A program made the position numbers and the translations under genes. A stretch of 64,000 bases of DNA from an uncultured Verrucomicrobiota bacterium (lineage in GTDB: Bacteria; Verrucomicrobiota; Kiritimatiellia; RZYC01). Positions 50,714-60,103 of the stretch are shown here, piece after piece; the first letter of the stretch is position 1, and each line of letters starts with the position of its first letter. Under the pieces are notes generated by a model. The model saw only the letters and a list, made by a program, of their open reading frames with translations, searched no databases and was not told where the DNA came from. The stretch is from positions 4,786 to 68,785 of the forward strand of contig CAZISY010000005.1 in the NCBI GenBank assembly GCA_964542025.1, in the 5' to 3' direction.

Positions 50714-51652
50714 TCATTCGTATAGAAACGCCGGGAACTGATTCCACAGGGACCATACGCTTTCCGCCGTATTCGCGAGTTCGGAAACTGCGGTCATATC
50801 TATCCACTGCATATCAAACTGTCGATTGTACCAGGTCATTTGACGTTTGGCAAATTGTCTGGATCGCAACGCGGTTTGGCGGATGGCCTCCTCACGCGAC
50901 AGCTCACCCCTCAACACGGCGAATGCTTCCCGGTACCCAATAGACTGCATGGCCGTAGATGAAAGCTCCCCGTAACGGCACAACAATACTTCGGCCTCCT
51001 CCAGCAGGCCGTCGGCATACATTTTTTCAACACGCTGATCGATTCGCCGCACCAGTTCTTCCCGTTCCCAGCGAAGCCCAATCAGTTTTAGCAACGTGCA
51101 ATCCCGCCCCGTTACGGATACCGCAGGTGACTGCGGCGCACGGGCTTTTTCCAACGCCCGGATAATTCTGCGCGGATTGTTTTTATCCTGAAGTTGACGA
51201 TACGCCTCGGGAGCATGGCTGAGGGCATATTTTTGCAGGGCTTCCACGCCCGATTCATGCAGCAGGCGATTCATTTCCTCTCGAAACCCGGGATCCGCCG
51301 GCGGACTGGGCTCCAGCCCCGTAAGAAGGCACTTGATGTACAGTCCGGATCCGCCACTCACAATAAACACCGGGTCACGCACATGCTGATTCACATAGGC
51401 CAGATAATCTCCGACGCTGTAGGTTTGATCCGGTGAAACCAGATCAATGCCGTAATAACAAATATCCTTTTGCTCGCGGGCAGTCGGTTTAGCCGTTCCG
51501 ATATCCATTCCCGAATAAACGGCCATGGAATCTGCGGAGAGTACGGCCAGGCCATTCTGTTGAGCAAGATAATGGGCAATTGCGGATTTTCCCGCGGCGG
51601 TGGGTCCCGCAAGAATTAAGATTTGCGGCTTGTTACGCTGGCTCCTCTTCAT
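50714..51652 (-). CDS. miaA: tRNA dimethylallyltransferase
   Basis: ILILAGPTAAGKS P-loop, SADSMAVYSGMDIGTAKP, and the ...IGYRE motif. Confidence 0.85.
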   Translation of the reverse strand: MKRSQRNKPQILILAGPTAAGKSAIAHYLAQQNGLAVLSADSMAVYSGMDIGTAKPTAREQKDICYYGIDLVSPDQTYSVGDYLAYVNQHVRDPVFIVSGGSGLYIKCLLTGLEPSPPADPGFREEMNRLLHESGVEALQKYALSHAPEAYRQLQDKNNPRRIIRALEKARAPQSPAVSVTGRDCTLLKLIGLRWEREELVRRIDQRVEKMYADGLLEEAEVLLCRYGELSSTAMQSIGYREAFAVLRGELSREEAIRQTALRSRQFAKRQMTWYNRQFDMQWIDMTAVSELANTAESVWSLWNQFPAFLYE

Positions 51653-52115
51653 GCTTGTTCCGGTGCGCATCGGCGTATGAGGCGAACAGGTACATTCCCA
51701 CTCCAATGCAAATGGCAGAATCGGCCACATTGAACGATGGCCAATGCCAATTGGCAATATAGAAATCCAGAAAATCCGTCACGGCACCCTGCCGCACCCG
51801 ATCAATCAAGTTTCCTATTATGCCTCCGGTAAGCAGCCCGAATGCTATTCGGTGGATTTTTATCCAGGACGTCGTGTGAAGAAAAAAACGCCGAAAGATA
51901 ATTAATAAGACCAGCATGACGATGGATAGCAGCGAGAGCAGTATATTCTGCGAGCCCAGCATACCCCACGCCGCCCCGGTATTGCGCAGATGGGTCAGAT
52001 TCATGAACCCCGGGATAATTTCATGCACGGATCCGAGCAAATAGTTTTCCCGTATGAGCAGCTTCGTGACCTGATCCAATACGACAATGCCCATGCAAAT
52101 GAGCAATATCATCAT
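51633..52115 (-). CDS. lspA: Lipoprotein signal peptidase II
   Basis: A four-TM protein with the NTGAAWG and FNVAD motifs. It lies downstream of ileS, the classic ileS-lspA arrangement. Confidence 0.85.
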   Translation of the reverse strand: MMILLICMGIVVLDQVTKLLIRENYLLGSVHEIIPGFMNLTHLRNTGAAWGMLGSQNILLSLLSIVMLVLLIIFRRFFLHTTSWIKIHRIAFGLLTGGIIGNLIDRVRQGAVTDFLDFYIANWHWPSFNVADSAICIGVGMYLFASYADAHRNKHEEEPA

Positions 52116-52146
52116 AAAAGCTTCTTTCTGACGCAAAACCCCCGGT

Positions 52147-52932
52147 TCAACTCCGAGTGGAGAGCGTCGGGCCGAGCGGACGATACTTGACGGACCCTTT
52201 TTCTTTTTCTGATTTGCAGCGCACGCAAAGCCGCGCGAAGGGTAACGCCTCAAGCCGCGCCTTTTCAACCTGACAACCGCATTCCTCACAGATTCCATAG
52301 GTGGCTTCGTCGATTCGCCGAAGGGCATCATCGATTTCGTAAAGCACGTCATGTTCGGCGCTCACCAGATTCAGCGCAAACTCCCGGTCAAAATTATCCG
52401 TACCATGATCCGCCATGTGCATGCCGTGCATGGTCATGTCGCCGGCCGTGTCTTTCATCGATTTGTTCAGGCTGTCATCCGTCAGAAACTCAATTTCGCC
52501 CACTACGCGGTCGCGCAGCGTCTGAAGTTCCTTTTTCAACGCTTTACGATCATTCACGGAAAGCTTGGCAAACCCTTTTTTGTGCGCTTCGTTCAGCGTT
52601 TTTTTGAAGGAATCCATCGCATCTTTGCTGTTCTTCACGGTGAAGGCCTTCATAGGCGCAGAGGCCGTCTTGACAGCCGCTTTTTTCGCAGGTGCCGGCT
52701 TTGAGGCTTTTGTCACGGGTTTCGGGCTGGAAATTGACGTTTTAGCCGGTTTTACCGCCGGTTTTTTGGCCGGAATGGGCTTTTTGTCGGCTTTTTCCTG
52801 TTTTAGGGGGACAATCGCGCGCTTTTTAACCGTTTTTTCCGTTTTTACCGCTTTTTTAGGGGCACTTTTTGTTGGTTTTGAAGGGGATTTTGATGTTGGT
52901 TTTGTTTCTGCGGCGGTTTTCTTTTTTACCAT
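52147..52932 (-). CDS. DksA/TraR-family C4 zinc-finger regulator with an about 90 aa histone-H1-like Lys/Ala/Pro-rich N-terminal extension
   Basis: The C-terminal CEECGCQVEKARLEALPFARLCVRC and the central DksA coiled coil. The N-terminus is KKPAVKPAKTS...KPAPAKKAAVK low-complexity basic repeats. Confidence 0.75.
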   Translation of the reverse strand: MVKKKTAAETKPTSKSPSKPTKSAPKKAVKTEKTVKKRAIVPLKQEKADKKPIPAKKPAVKPAKTSISSPKPVTKASKPAPAKKAAVKTASAPMKAFTVKNSKDAMDSFKKTLNEAHKKGFAKLSVNDRKALKKELQTLRDRVVGEIEFLTDDSLNKSMKDTAGDMTMHGMHMADHGTDNFDREFALNLVSAEHDVLYEIDDALRRIDEATYGICEECGCQVEKARLEALPFARLCVRCKSEKEKGSVKYRPLGPTLSTRS

Positions 52933-53041
52933 GATTATACCCTTGGTTTATCTGTCCCTTGTCGCGGCCGTTTCCTGAAAAACCCATTCCCTAAAAAAAA
53001 GGTTGCCGTCTTTATCACAGGACAAAGAATGTGTCAACGGA

Positions 53042-56000
53042 TTATACACAGTGAATTTTCAGCACACACGACAGGCCGTTTACATCCCACTGCATACCCT
53101 GATCCGGAGTGGTTTCGCACCGTTGTATATCCATGGCCAACGTTTCATTTTTAATGTATTCCGCGTGTTTCAGCAGGGCATCCCACAGCGAATCTTCGGT
53201 ATGTATTTCGATGCGAATACGCTGAATAACCGCAAAATCGGCTTCTTTACGCATGTTCTGAATTTTGTTAACAACTTCCCTTGCATACCCCTCCATGACA
53301 AGGTCTTTCGTTAATTCCGTCTCCAGGGCTACAACCAATCCGCCCTCCGAAGCCACGGCCAGATTTTCCTTAGGCAGGCGCTCAATCGACAAATCTTCAC
53401 CGGTTAGCGTGAATGAATTTTCATCAATGAGAATAGATGCCCCCCGTCCATCCAGCGCACGGCTCAGTTCTTCCTGCGACAGTTTTTGTATAGCCGCACC
53501 GGCTTTTTTGACGGATGGTCCCAGCCGCGGCCCCAATACCTTGAAGTTGGGCTTGGCCACCAGAGTAACCAATTCCGTTTCCTGATCGCTGAACAACACA
53601 TCCTTCACATTCAGTTCATCCGCCAGAATATGCTTCAACTCTTCCATATCAGTGAGCGTTCGGGCATCCCGGCTGACTATATGAATGGCCCGGAGCGGCT
53701 GTCGGACTTTGAGATTGTGTTCCGAGCGAATCTGACGGCCCAGGCTCACCGCGGTCATGATCATTTCCATCCGCTGCTCCAATTCATAGTCGCGGCGCGA
53801 TTCATCACTGACCGGATAATCGCACAGGTGAATGGATTCAGGCATATCCTCCGTTTTCAGATTCTGATAAATGGACTCACTGATAAACGGAACAAAGGGC
53901 GCCGCCACGGTGCTCAAACGAATCAGCACCTGGTACAGCGTCTCGTAAGCTTCCGCCTTGTCGCGGTCATCCGATGACTTCCAAAACCGGCGGCGGCTCC
54001 GGCGGATGTACCAATTCGTCAGATCTTCAATGAACCGCACAAAGGGACGCACCGACTTCTGCAAATCATAGTCGTCCATCGCACTCATGACTTCCAGCGT
54101 CATACGCTCTACCGAACTGATAATCCACCGGTCCAGCAGATTGTTTTTTCCGCCCGCGCCCGCGTTCGTTTTCCCCGGACACCATCCATCAATCCGCGCA
54201 TACGTTACAAAGAACGTATAGGCATTCCACCATGGGATCAGCAGATGCCGCAGCGCATGCTTGACCCCTTCCTCCGAGAAACACAAATCCTCGGCGCGAA
54301 CCACCGGGGAATAAATCATGTAAAGCCGCAGGGCATCGGCCCCATACGCATTCAGCATATATTTCGGGTCGGGATAATTCTTCAGCCGCTTGCTCATTTT
54401 CCGTCCGTCTTCGGCGAGAATCAACCCATTCACCACAACATGCCGAAAGGCCGGCTTGTCGAAGAGCGCAGTGGAAAGAACCATCAGCGTATAAAACCAG
54501 CCGCGGGTCTGATCCAATCCCTCGGCAATAAAGTCGGCCGGAAAGTGCTGTTCAAATTCCGCCTTGTTCTCAAAGGGATAATGATTCTGCGCATACGGCA
54601 TCGCTCCGCTTTCAAACCAGCAGTCCAACACCTCCGGGATGCGACGGAGGACGCCCTTTCCGTCGGACGACGGAATCACCAGATCATCCACATAATGCTT
54701 GTGCAGATCCGTCACTTTCTTTCCGGTGCGCCGTTCAAGTTCCTCCACGGAACCGATGCAGACCACTTCTGAGCCATCCTCGCTTTTCCAAATGGGGAGC
54801 GGAGTGCCCCAATACCGGTTTCGCGAAATCGCCCAATCGCGGGCTCCTTCAAGCCATTTTCCAAACCGACCTTCTTTCAGGTGAGCCGGCAGCCATTGAG
54901 TCGAACGATTAGCCTCAATAATCCGATCACGGATCTGCTCAACCCGAACGAACCACGTCGATATGCCTCGGTAAATCAGAGGCGAGTCGCATCGCCAGCA
55001 GTGCGGATAACTGTGGACAATGGTGCTTCGGTGAACCAGTTTCCCCTCTTCTTTCAGGCGCTTGATGATGTCTGAATCACACTCTTTGACTGATCGCCCC
55101 GCGTAGTCCGGCACTTCCGGCGTGAAGCGTCCCTCATCATCCACCGGACACAGCATGGGAAGCCCCATTTGACGTCCCAATTGCGCGTCATCTTCGCCGA
55201 ACCCCGGAGCGATGTGCACCACCCCGGTTCCATCTTCTGTGGAAACAAAGTCTGCGCTTCCCACCTTAAACGCGCCCTGCGATGCGAGCTCGGTAAAATA
55301 GCTAAACAGCGGCTGATAGCTCAGGCCGACCAGTCGGGATCCGGGCATTTCTTCGACCAACGCATAGTCATCGGTTTTTTTGTAATAAACACCGAGCCGG
55401 TCCTTTGCCAGAATATAAAAGGTCTTGCCATCTTTCACTTTAACGTAGGTGATTTTTTCGCCCACCGCCAGGGCCAGATTGGACGGCAGTGTCCAGGGCG
55501 TCGTCGTCCAGGCCAGAATATAGGTGTCGGGCTGGTCGTTGAGCCGAAACCGAATGGTGATGGCCGGGTCCTGCACTTCTTTGTAGCCCTGATTCGTCTC
55601 GAAGTTGGAAAGCGGCGTGGCGCACCGCGGGCAGTAGGGAAGGATTTTTTTCCCTTCATACACCAACCCCTTGTCCCAAAGCGTCTTGAACACCCACCAA
55701 ATGGACTCCATGTAATCGGGGGCCATGGTTTTGTAATCATGATCAAAGTCCACCCAGCGTCCCATCCGGGTGACAATCTGACGCCACTCGTTCGTGTAGC
55801 GAAGCACAATGCTCCGGCATTTTTCGTTGAATACCCCAACCCCCATTTTTTCAATGTCACGCTTGCCGCTGATATTCAGCTCCTGCTCCATCTCATATTC
55901 CACCGGAAGCCCATGACAATCCCAACCGAACCGGCGACTCACATGATTGCCGCGCATGGTCTGATAACGCGGAACGATGTCCTTGATGGTTCCCGCGAGC

Positions 56001-56188
56001 AAATGCCCGTAATGCGGGAGCCCTGTGGCAAATGGAGGCCCGTCATAAAATAAGTACTCGGGCGCGCCTTCACGCTGCTGCAGAGACTTTTCAAAAATGT
56101 GTTTATTCGCCCAGAATTCGAGAATGGTCTCTTCCATTTCCGGGAAACTCGTTTTATTGGAAACAGGATCCAGCATGACGTGCTCCAT
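53042..56188 (-). CDS. ileS: Isoleucine--tRNA ligase
   Basis: HIGH motif (PFATGLPHYGHLL), KMSKS (KMSKRLKN), and the CP1 editing domain. 1048 aa. Confidence 0.95.
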   Translation of the reverse strand: MEHVMLDPVSNKTSFPEMEETILEFWANKHIFEKSLQQREGAPEYLFYDGPPFATGLPHYGHLLAGTIKDIVPRYQTMRGNHVSRRFGWDCHGLPVEYEMEQELNISGKRDIEKMGVGVFNEKCRSIVLRYTNEWRQIVTRMGRWVDFDHDYKTMAPDYMESIWWVFKTLWDKGLVYEGKKILPYCPRCATPLSNFETNQGYKEVQDPAITIRFRLNDQPDTYILAWTTTPWTLPSNLALAVGEKITYVKVKDGKTFYILAKDRLGVYYKKTDDYALVEEMPGSRLVGLSYQPLFSYFTELASQGAFKVGSADFVSTEDGTGVVHIAPGFGEDDAQLGRQMGLPMLCPVDDEGRFTPEVPDYAGRSVKECDSDIIKRLKEEGKLVHRSTIVHSYPHCWRCDSPLIYRGISTWFVRVEQIRDRIIEANRSTQWLPAHLKEGRFGKWLEGARDWAISRNRYWGTPLPIWKSEDGSEVVCIGSVEELERRTGKKVTDLHKHYVDDLVIPSSDGKGVLRRIPEVLDCWFESGAMPYAQNHYPFENKAEFEQHFPADFIAEGLDQTRGWFYTLMVLSTALFDKPAFRHVVVNGLILAEDGRKMSKRLKNYPDPKYMLNAYGADALRLYMIYSPVVRAEDLCFSEEGVKHALRHLLIPWWNAYTFFVTYARIDGWCPGKTNAGAGGKNNLLDRWIISSVERMTLEVMSAMDDYDLQKSVRPFVRFIEDLTNWYIRRSRRRFWKSSDDRDKAEAYETLYQVLIRLSTVAAPFVPFISESIYQNLKTEDMPESIHLCDYPVSDESRRDYELEQRMEMIMTAVSLGRQIRSEHNLKVRQPLRAIHIVSRDARTLTDMEELKHILADELNVKDVLFSDQETELVTLVAKPNFKVLGPRLGPSVKKAGAAIQKLSQEELSRALDGRGASILIDENSFTLTGEDLSIERLPKENLAVASEGGLVVALETELTKDLVMEGYAREVVNKIQNMRKEADFAVIQRIRIEIHTEDSLWDALLKHAEYIKNETLAMDIQRCETTPDQGMQWDVNGLSCVLKIHCV

Positions 56189-56255
56189 TCATTGCGTGGT
56201 CAATAATGAGCGCGATGTTATGGCAACATCGTCGCAGTTCAAGTTTTTGATGCAG

Positions 56256-57323
56256 TTATTTTGATATCACGGGGCCGCGCTGCTGGAAAATAATGTCCAT
56301 CTGCAACTCCAGCGAAAGCACCGGATCGTAATCCCGATCATGCGGGAACTCAACCTCGGGCTTGATTTCCAGAAACAGCCAGTCCCATTTCAGGCGGCGC
56401 CGGAATTTTACATTCAAGGTGTAATTATCCAGGCAGGCGTTCCCACTGACGTGCCCATCCACGGCGAACGATGCGGAATAACCGGCTTCATCCAGACCAA
56501 TGTTTTTCATCGAATAGAAGGAAAATGTCTGGTTCATTTCATACCCGTTGGATTCCTGTCCCCAGACACCACTGGTATCTGAACGCAGCATCCGGTTTTT
56601 GGAAAGTTTGCGATTGGCGGTAAACCCGGTCGTTTCCTCCCAGCCGTCATCCGTCCTGAACAGCAATTCCTGAGAAGGCTCCAGCATCCAGGGCCCCCTT
56701 TCCCACCGCGCCGTTATCGTATAGCGGGCGTAGGGGTAATATACCTTCCGGGTGCCGAACGTAAGGTGGGTTTCCAACCATTCCGAGTCGTACAGTTTCA
56801 AAAGAACCCCGAAGGCATTTTCCGAGTTTTTGTTCTTGGCCGGACTGGGCATGCCGTTGGGATTGATCATCTCACCATCAATATTATCAAAAAACAGATG
56901 AAAACGCTCCTCCGCCAACGGAAGTTCCAAATTAGCCCCGAACGATACATTGGGCTCAATGCCTTCATCCTGCTTGATCAGAATGGACGGACTCACCTGC
57001 ACCCGCGTCGTGTTCATGCGCGTGAAGACGCTGGGAGAACCGAAAAAATTGTCGATTTGATCGGATGTGGCAATCGTTCCGGGTTCGTTCGTTTCCGCGA
57101 TTCGATCAATCGTTGAATTTAATCGCTCATCCAACCAATCCGCCTGCTGTGAAATGATGCCTTCCGTCCGATCATGCAGCGCTTCAATGCGCTCCAACAT
57201 GTCCACGTCGTTGGTTTCTTCCGCTTCGGAGGAAGGACTTTGCGCCGAAACATACCCTGCGGACAGCGCCAGCATTAAGCCCAGCAGGTTAAACGATAGT
57301 CCGTGTAATGCCTGTTTTCGCAT
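56256..57323 (-). CDS. Hypothetical secreted/outer-membrane protein (signal peptide, beta-rich)
   Basis: Signal peptide LLGLMLALSAGYVSAQS. It has an alternating hydrophobic pattern, and the C-terminal residue is aromatic or near it. No family recognised. Confidence 0.5.
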   Translation of the reverse strand: MRKQALHGLSFNLLGLMLALSAGYVSAQSPSSEAEETNDVDMLERIEALHDRTEGIISQQADWLDERLNSTIDRIAETNEPGTIATSDQIDNFFGSPSVFTRMNTTRVQVSPSILIKQDEGIEPNVSFGANLELPLAEERFHLFFDNIDGEMINPNGMPSPAKNKNSENAFGVLLKLYDSEWLETHLTFGTRKVYYPYARYTITARWERGPWMLEPSQELLFRTDDGWEETTGFTANRKLSKNRMLRSDTSGVWGQESNGYEMNQTFSFYSMKNIGLDEAGYSASFAVDGHVSGNACLDNYTLNVKFRRRLKWDWLFLEIKPEVEFPHDRDYDPVLSLELQMDIIFQQRGPVISK

Positions 57324-57421
57324 TGGATTCATCCCGTTTGGTTTTTTGCTGTACAAAAAGAATAAATGCGGATTTTATTCGATGCCTTGCTGCAACACAA
57401 ACCACTAATCAGGGATTTCTC

Positions 57422-58489
57422 ATGAATCTTGGACTTATCGGATTGCCCCGCGTCGGCAAAAAAACCATTTTCGAGCTGCTGACCGGCGTATCCGCCCACA
57501 AAGCCCCTTCCCGGGACGGCATTTCCTACGCCATGGCCTCGGTACGCGATCCGCGTGTTGATCGGCTCTCCTCGCTCTTCAATCCAAAGCGCACTAAATA
57601 TGCTGAAATTGAGATAGCCCTCCCGCCGGATATTCAGCAGGACGCCACACGCAATGCCTCCTGGCTGGCTCCCCTGCGAAATGTGGATGGACTGATTCAT
57701 GTGGTTCGGGATTTTGATTCTCCGCAGGTTTTTCATGATCTGCAAACCGTGGATGCCGCGCGGGATATCTCGCTGGTTGAAGTCGAACTGCTCCTGGCCG
57801 ATCTCGCCATGGTGGAAACACGCCTGACTCGCCTGGAGAAAGAATCTCGTCACAAATCTCCCGCCGAAACCGCCAGGGAAAAGGAATTGCTGCTTCGTTT
57901 CAAAGAACAGTTGGAAAACGAAAAACCACTCAGCGGCCTGGAGTTATCCGCGGAAGAATTGAAAATGGTTTCGAGTTTGCAGCTGCTTTCCATGAAACCG
58001 CTGGTGACGGTTTTTAACGTGGGCGAAGATCTGAAGGAAGCCGAAACCCGCCTGGCAGAAACGGCCGCCAAGCATCGGGGAACAGGGGCAGCCACGGTGT
58101 TTCTCAGCGCCGCCATCGAATCGGAAATCCGCGATCTCGAACCCGAAGAACGCAAGGCCTTTATGGATGACCTCGGTTTGCAGGAACCGGCCGCTCACCG
58201 GCTTTCACGGGCCGTTTATGAGGCCCTGGGCCTGATCAGCTTTTTCACGGTTGGCCCCGACGAAGTGCGTGCCTGGTCCGTTCGTCGCGGCGCAAAGGCT
58301 CCCGAGGCGGCCGGGAAAATTCACTCCGATCTGGAGCGCGGGTTCATCCGTGCCTCCACCATTCGCTGCGAAACGCTGCTTGAGGCGGGCTCGGAACGCG
58401 CCGCCACGGACGCCAAATTGTATGTGCTGAACGGCAAGGAATACATTGTTCAGGATGGCGATATTCTGGAAATACGGTTCAACGTCTGA
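57422..58489 (+). CDS. ychF: Ribosome-binding ATPase YchF (Obg family)
   Basis: MNLGLIGLPRVGKKT P-loop, and the C-terminal TGS domain (...YIVQDGDILEIRFNV). Confidence 0.9.
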   Translation: MNLGLIGLPRVGKKTIFELLTGVSAHKAPSRDGISYAMASVRDPRVDRLSSLFNPKRTKYAEIEIALPPDIQQDATRNASWLAPLRNVDGLIHVVRDFDSPQVFHDLQTVDAARDISLVEVELLLADLAMVETRLTRLEKESRHKSPAETAREKELLLRFKEQLENEKPLSGLELSAEELKMVSSLQLLSMKPLVTVFNVGEDLKEAETRLAETAAKHRGTGAATVFLSAAIESEIRDLEPEERKAFMDDLGLQEPAAHRLSRAVYEALGLISFFTVGPDEVRAWSVRRGAKAPEAAGKIHSDLERGFIRASTIRCETLLEAGSERAATDAKLYVLNGKEYIVQDGDILEIRFNV

Positions 58490-58510
58490 TTCGACTCAAC
58501 CGGGGCCCGC

Positions 58511-59863
58511 TCAGACCTTGGCTTTTGAGGCCGGTACAGACAGTGTCCCGTTGAAAAATTCAATCACATGCCCCCGCTCCACCAGCCAGCGCAGCGGCGT
58601 GATCACTTCCGCGACTTCGTCGGGACGTCCCGCCGCACCGGGGCGAAGCCCTTCAATCATCTGCTGCCGCGTACACCCGGGATTAGCCTGCAGGTAAGCA
58701 ATCACCTCGCGAATCGAGTCAATGGTGTGTTCCATATTCAGTGGGTTCGGTTTGATGGAAGTGACAAAGGTCATCCCTTCTCCCACCTTAAACAAGTGCA
58801 GTCCCATGTGCTTGAAAGCCGGCCTCAGCGCAATGGCCAGCGTAAAAGGATGCTTGCTTTCGCGGTTCCAGGCCCGACGCATGGTGTGCATCACGGCCTC
58901 GTCTCCGCAACTGCGCGCGGAACCCGCCGGAATCATCACTTTCGAGGTACCGTGAATATACGAGCCCGCCTTGTTCTGCATGAACCATTGCTGGGCCTGG
59001 GTGCGGGTCATCGTGAACTCCCCCTCTTCCCCTTTTATGCGATAACGCCTCTGCTTGCGGCACGACGCCTTCCACTGTTCAATCTGCTCTGCATCATGCA
59101 CCATCTCCACCTTGGCGCGGTATTCCTCATACGGCATGTGCACGAACCGCGTCCGATGAAGAGTCCGTACAGCTTCCTCAAATCCGTGATAATTCGGCGG
59201 CGCAATCAATGTGCCGCTCAAACCGCATCGTCCCACACAGATGAAATTTCCGGATGGCGCTTCCAGTTCCACGTCCTGCGAATCAAACAGCTCCGCTTCG
59301 TGTTCCTGCAGCAGGTGATCCTGAAGGCGCGACGGCTCCAGAAAAACCGCCTTGCAAATGGAGCACTGATAAAAACGATACGAATTTGCCTCCGGAACGT
59401 TTGGCTCCTTTCGGATGGCCATTTTTATCAGATAGTTTTCCGGATTGTTTAAAAATAAGACCGCCATATCCATGAATGGATAGGCGCGCCCGGTATCTCG
59501 TATCAACCGCACCACAGCCCCGAGCCGCTTCTTCTCCGGTATAAAATGAACGTCAGCCGGCAGGTCCGGTTCCACACGCTGCTCGCGAAATGGTTGCCGG
59601 GCCGGGCGACTCTCCTGACTGTCTCGCGATTCACGGCGGCGGTCCGGCGTGCGGCCCGCATGCTCCCGTTTCCCATCTCCAAAACGCTCGCGCCTTCGGT
59701 GCTGTGAGCGGTCGCCGTGATGCTCATGCGCGCTTTTTTCATAGGAACTTCCTGCCCCTGCTGTCAGGTAGGGATTGACGCTTGGCGGCTGGCGCGCCCA
59801 GGTTGGTATGAAATTCAACTCCAGCAGAATATCGTTTTTTTGCTGCGTCTGCTCTGATTCCAT
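58511..59863 (-). CDS. Hypothetical protein with an Arg/Glu/Asp-rich disordered N-terminus, a C2H2-like zinc-finger motif and a C-terminal winged-helix-like segment
   Basis: Residues about 40-120 are HRRRERFGDGKREHAGRTPDRRRESRDSQESRPARQ. The motif YQCSICKAVFLEPSRLQDHLLQEH is CxxC...HxxxxH. The antisense ORF looks like junk. Confidence 0.55.
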   Translation of the reverse strand: MESEQTQQKNDILLELNFIPTWARQPPSVNPYLTAGAGSSYEKSAHEHHGDRSQHRRRERFGDGKREHAGRTPDRRRESRDSQESRPARQPFREQRVEPDLPADVHFIPEKKRLGAVVRLIRDTGRAYPFMDMAVLFLNNPENYLIKMAIRKEPNVPEANSYRFYQCSICKAVFLEPSRLQDHLLQEHEAELFDSQDVELEAPSGNFICVGRCGLSGTLIAPPNYHGFEEAVRTLHRTRFVHMPYEEYRAKVEMVHDAEQIEQWKASCRKQRRYRIKGEEGEFTMTRTQAQQWFMQNKAGSYIHGTSKVMIPAGSARSCGDEAVMHTMRRAWNRESKHPFTLAIALRPAFKHMGLHLFKVGEGMTFVTSIKPNPLNMEHTIDSIREVIAYLQANPGCTRQQMIEGLRPGAAGRPDEVAEVITPLRWLVERGHVIEFFNGTLSVPASKAKV

Positions 59864-59971
59864 AGTTGCCCACCTCGTAACCCGACCTGAACGGGTTTTG
59901 TTGCGCGTTTATCCAGAATTTTAAGCGCCTGCGATCTTCGTCATTTCGCGCTGAATTTTCAATCTTGGGCA

Positions 59972-59985
59972 GGGATTGTAATCCC
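59972..59985. promoter_or_regulatory. Perfect palindrome GGGATTGTAATCCC, a candidate operator upstream of the 58511..59863 gene
   Basis: Two 6-bp inverted half-sites with a 2-bp spacer, flanked by partial TTGGG/CCCAA symmetry, about 110 bp upstream of the start codon at 59863. Confidence 0.25.
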
Positions 59986-60103
59986 AATATTCTTCAAATC
60001 AATGAAATAGCTTCGATTTATATGCGTCTGGCCAGGCTTATCATGCGGGGGAAGTCATTGCCTGGCCCACTGACGTATCGCGGGCTCGCTGACGCCGGCC
60101 GTT

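Noticed and set aside
52565-52978. 137 aa plus-strand ORF with Ala/Phe/Gly repeats
   Set aside because: It is the antisense reading of the Lys/Ala/Pro-rich repeat region of the DksA-like gene. The repeat periodicity comes from the sense strand.
53265-56053. Several plus-strand ORFs inside ileS (up to 294 aa)
   Set aside because: They are antisense to ileS, which has unambiguous HIGH and KMSKS motifs.
58568-59452. 294 aa plus-strand ORF
   Set aside because: It is antisense to the 450 aa minus-strand gene. It is Arg/His-rich and low-complexity, whereas the minus-strand product has protein-like composition and motifs.
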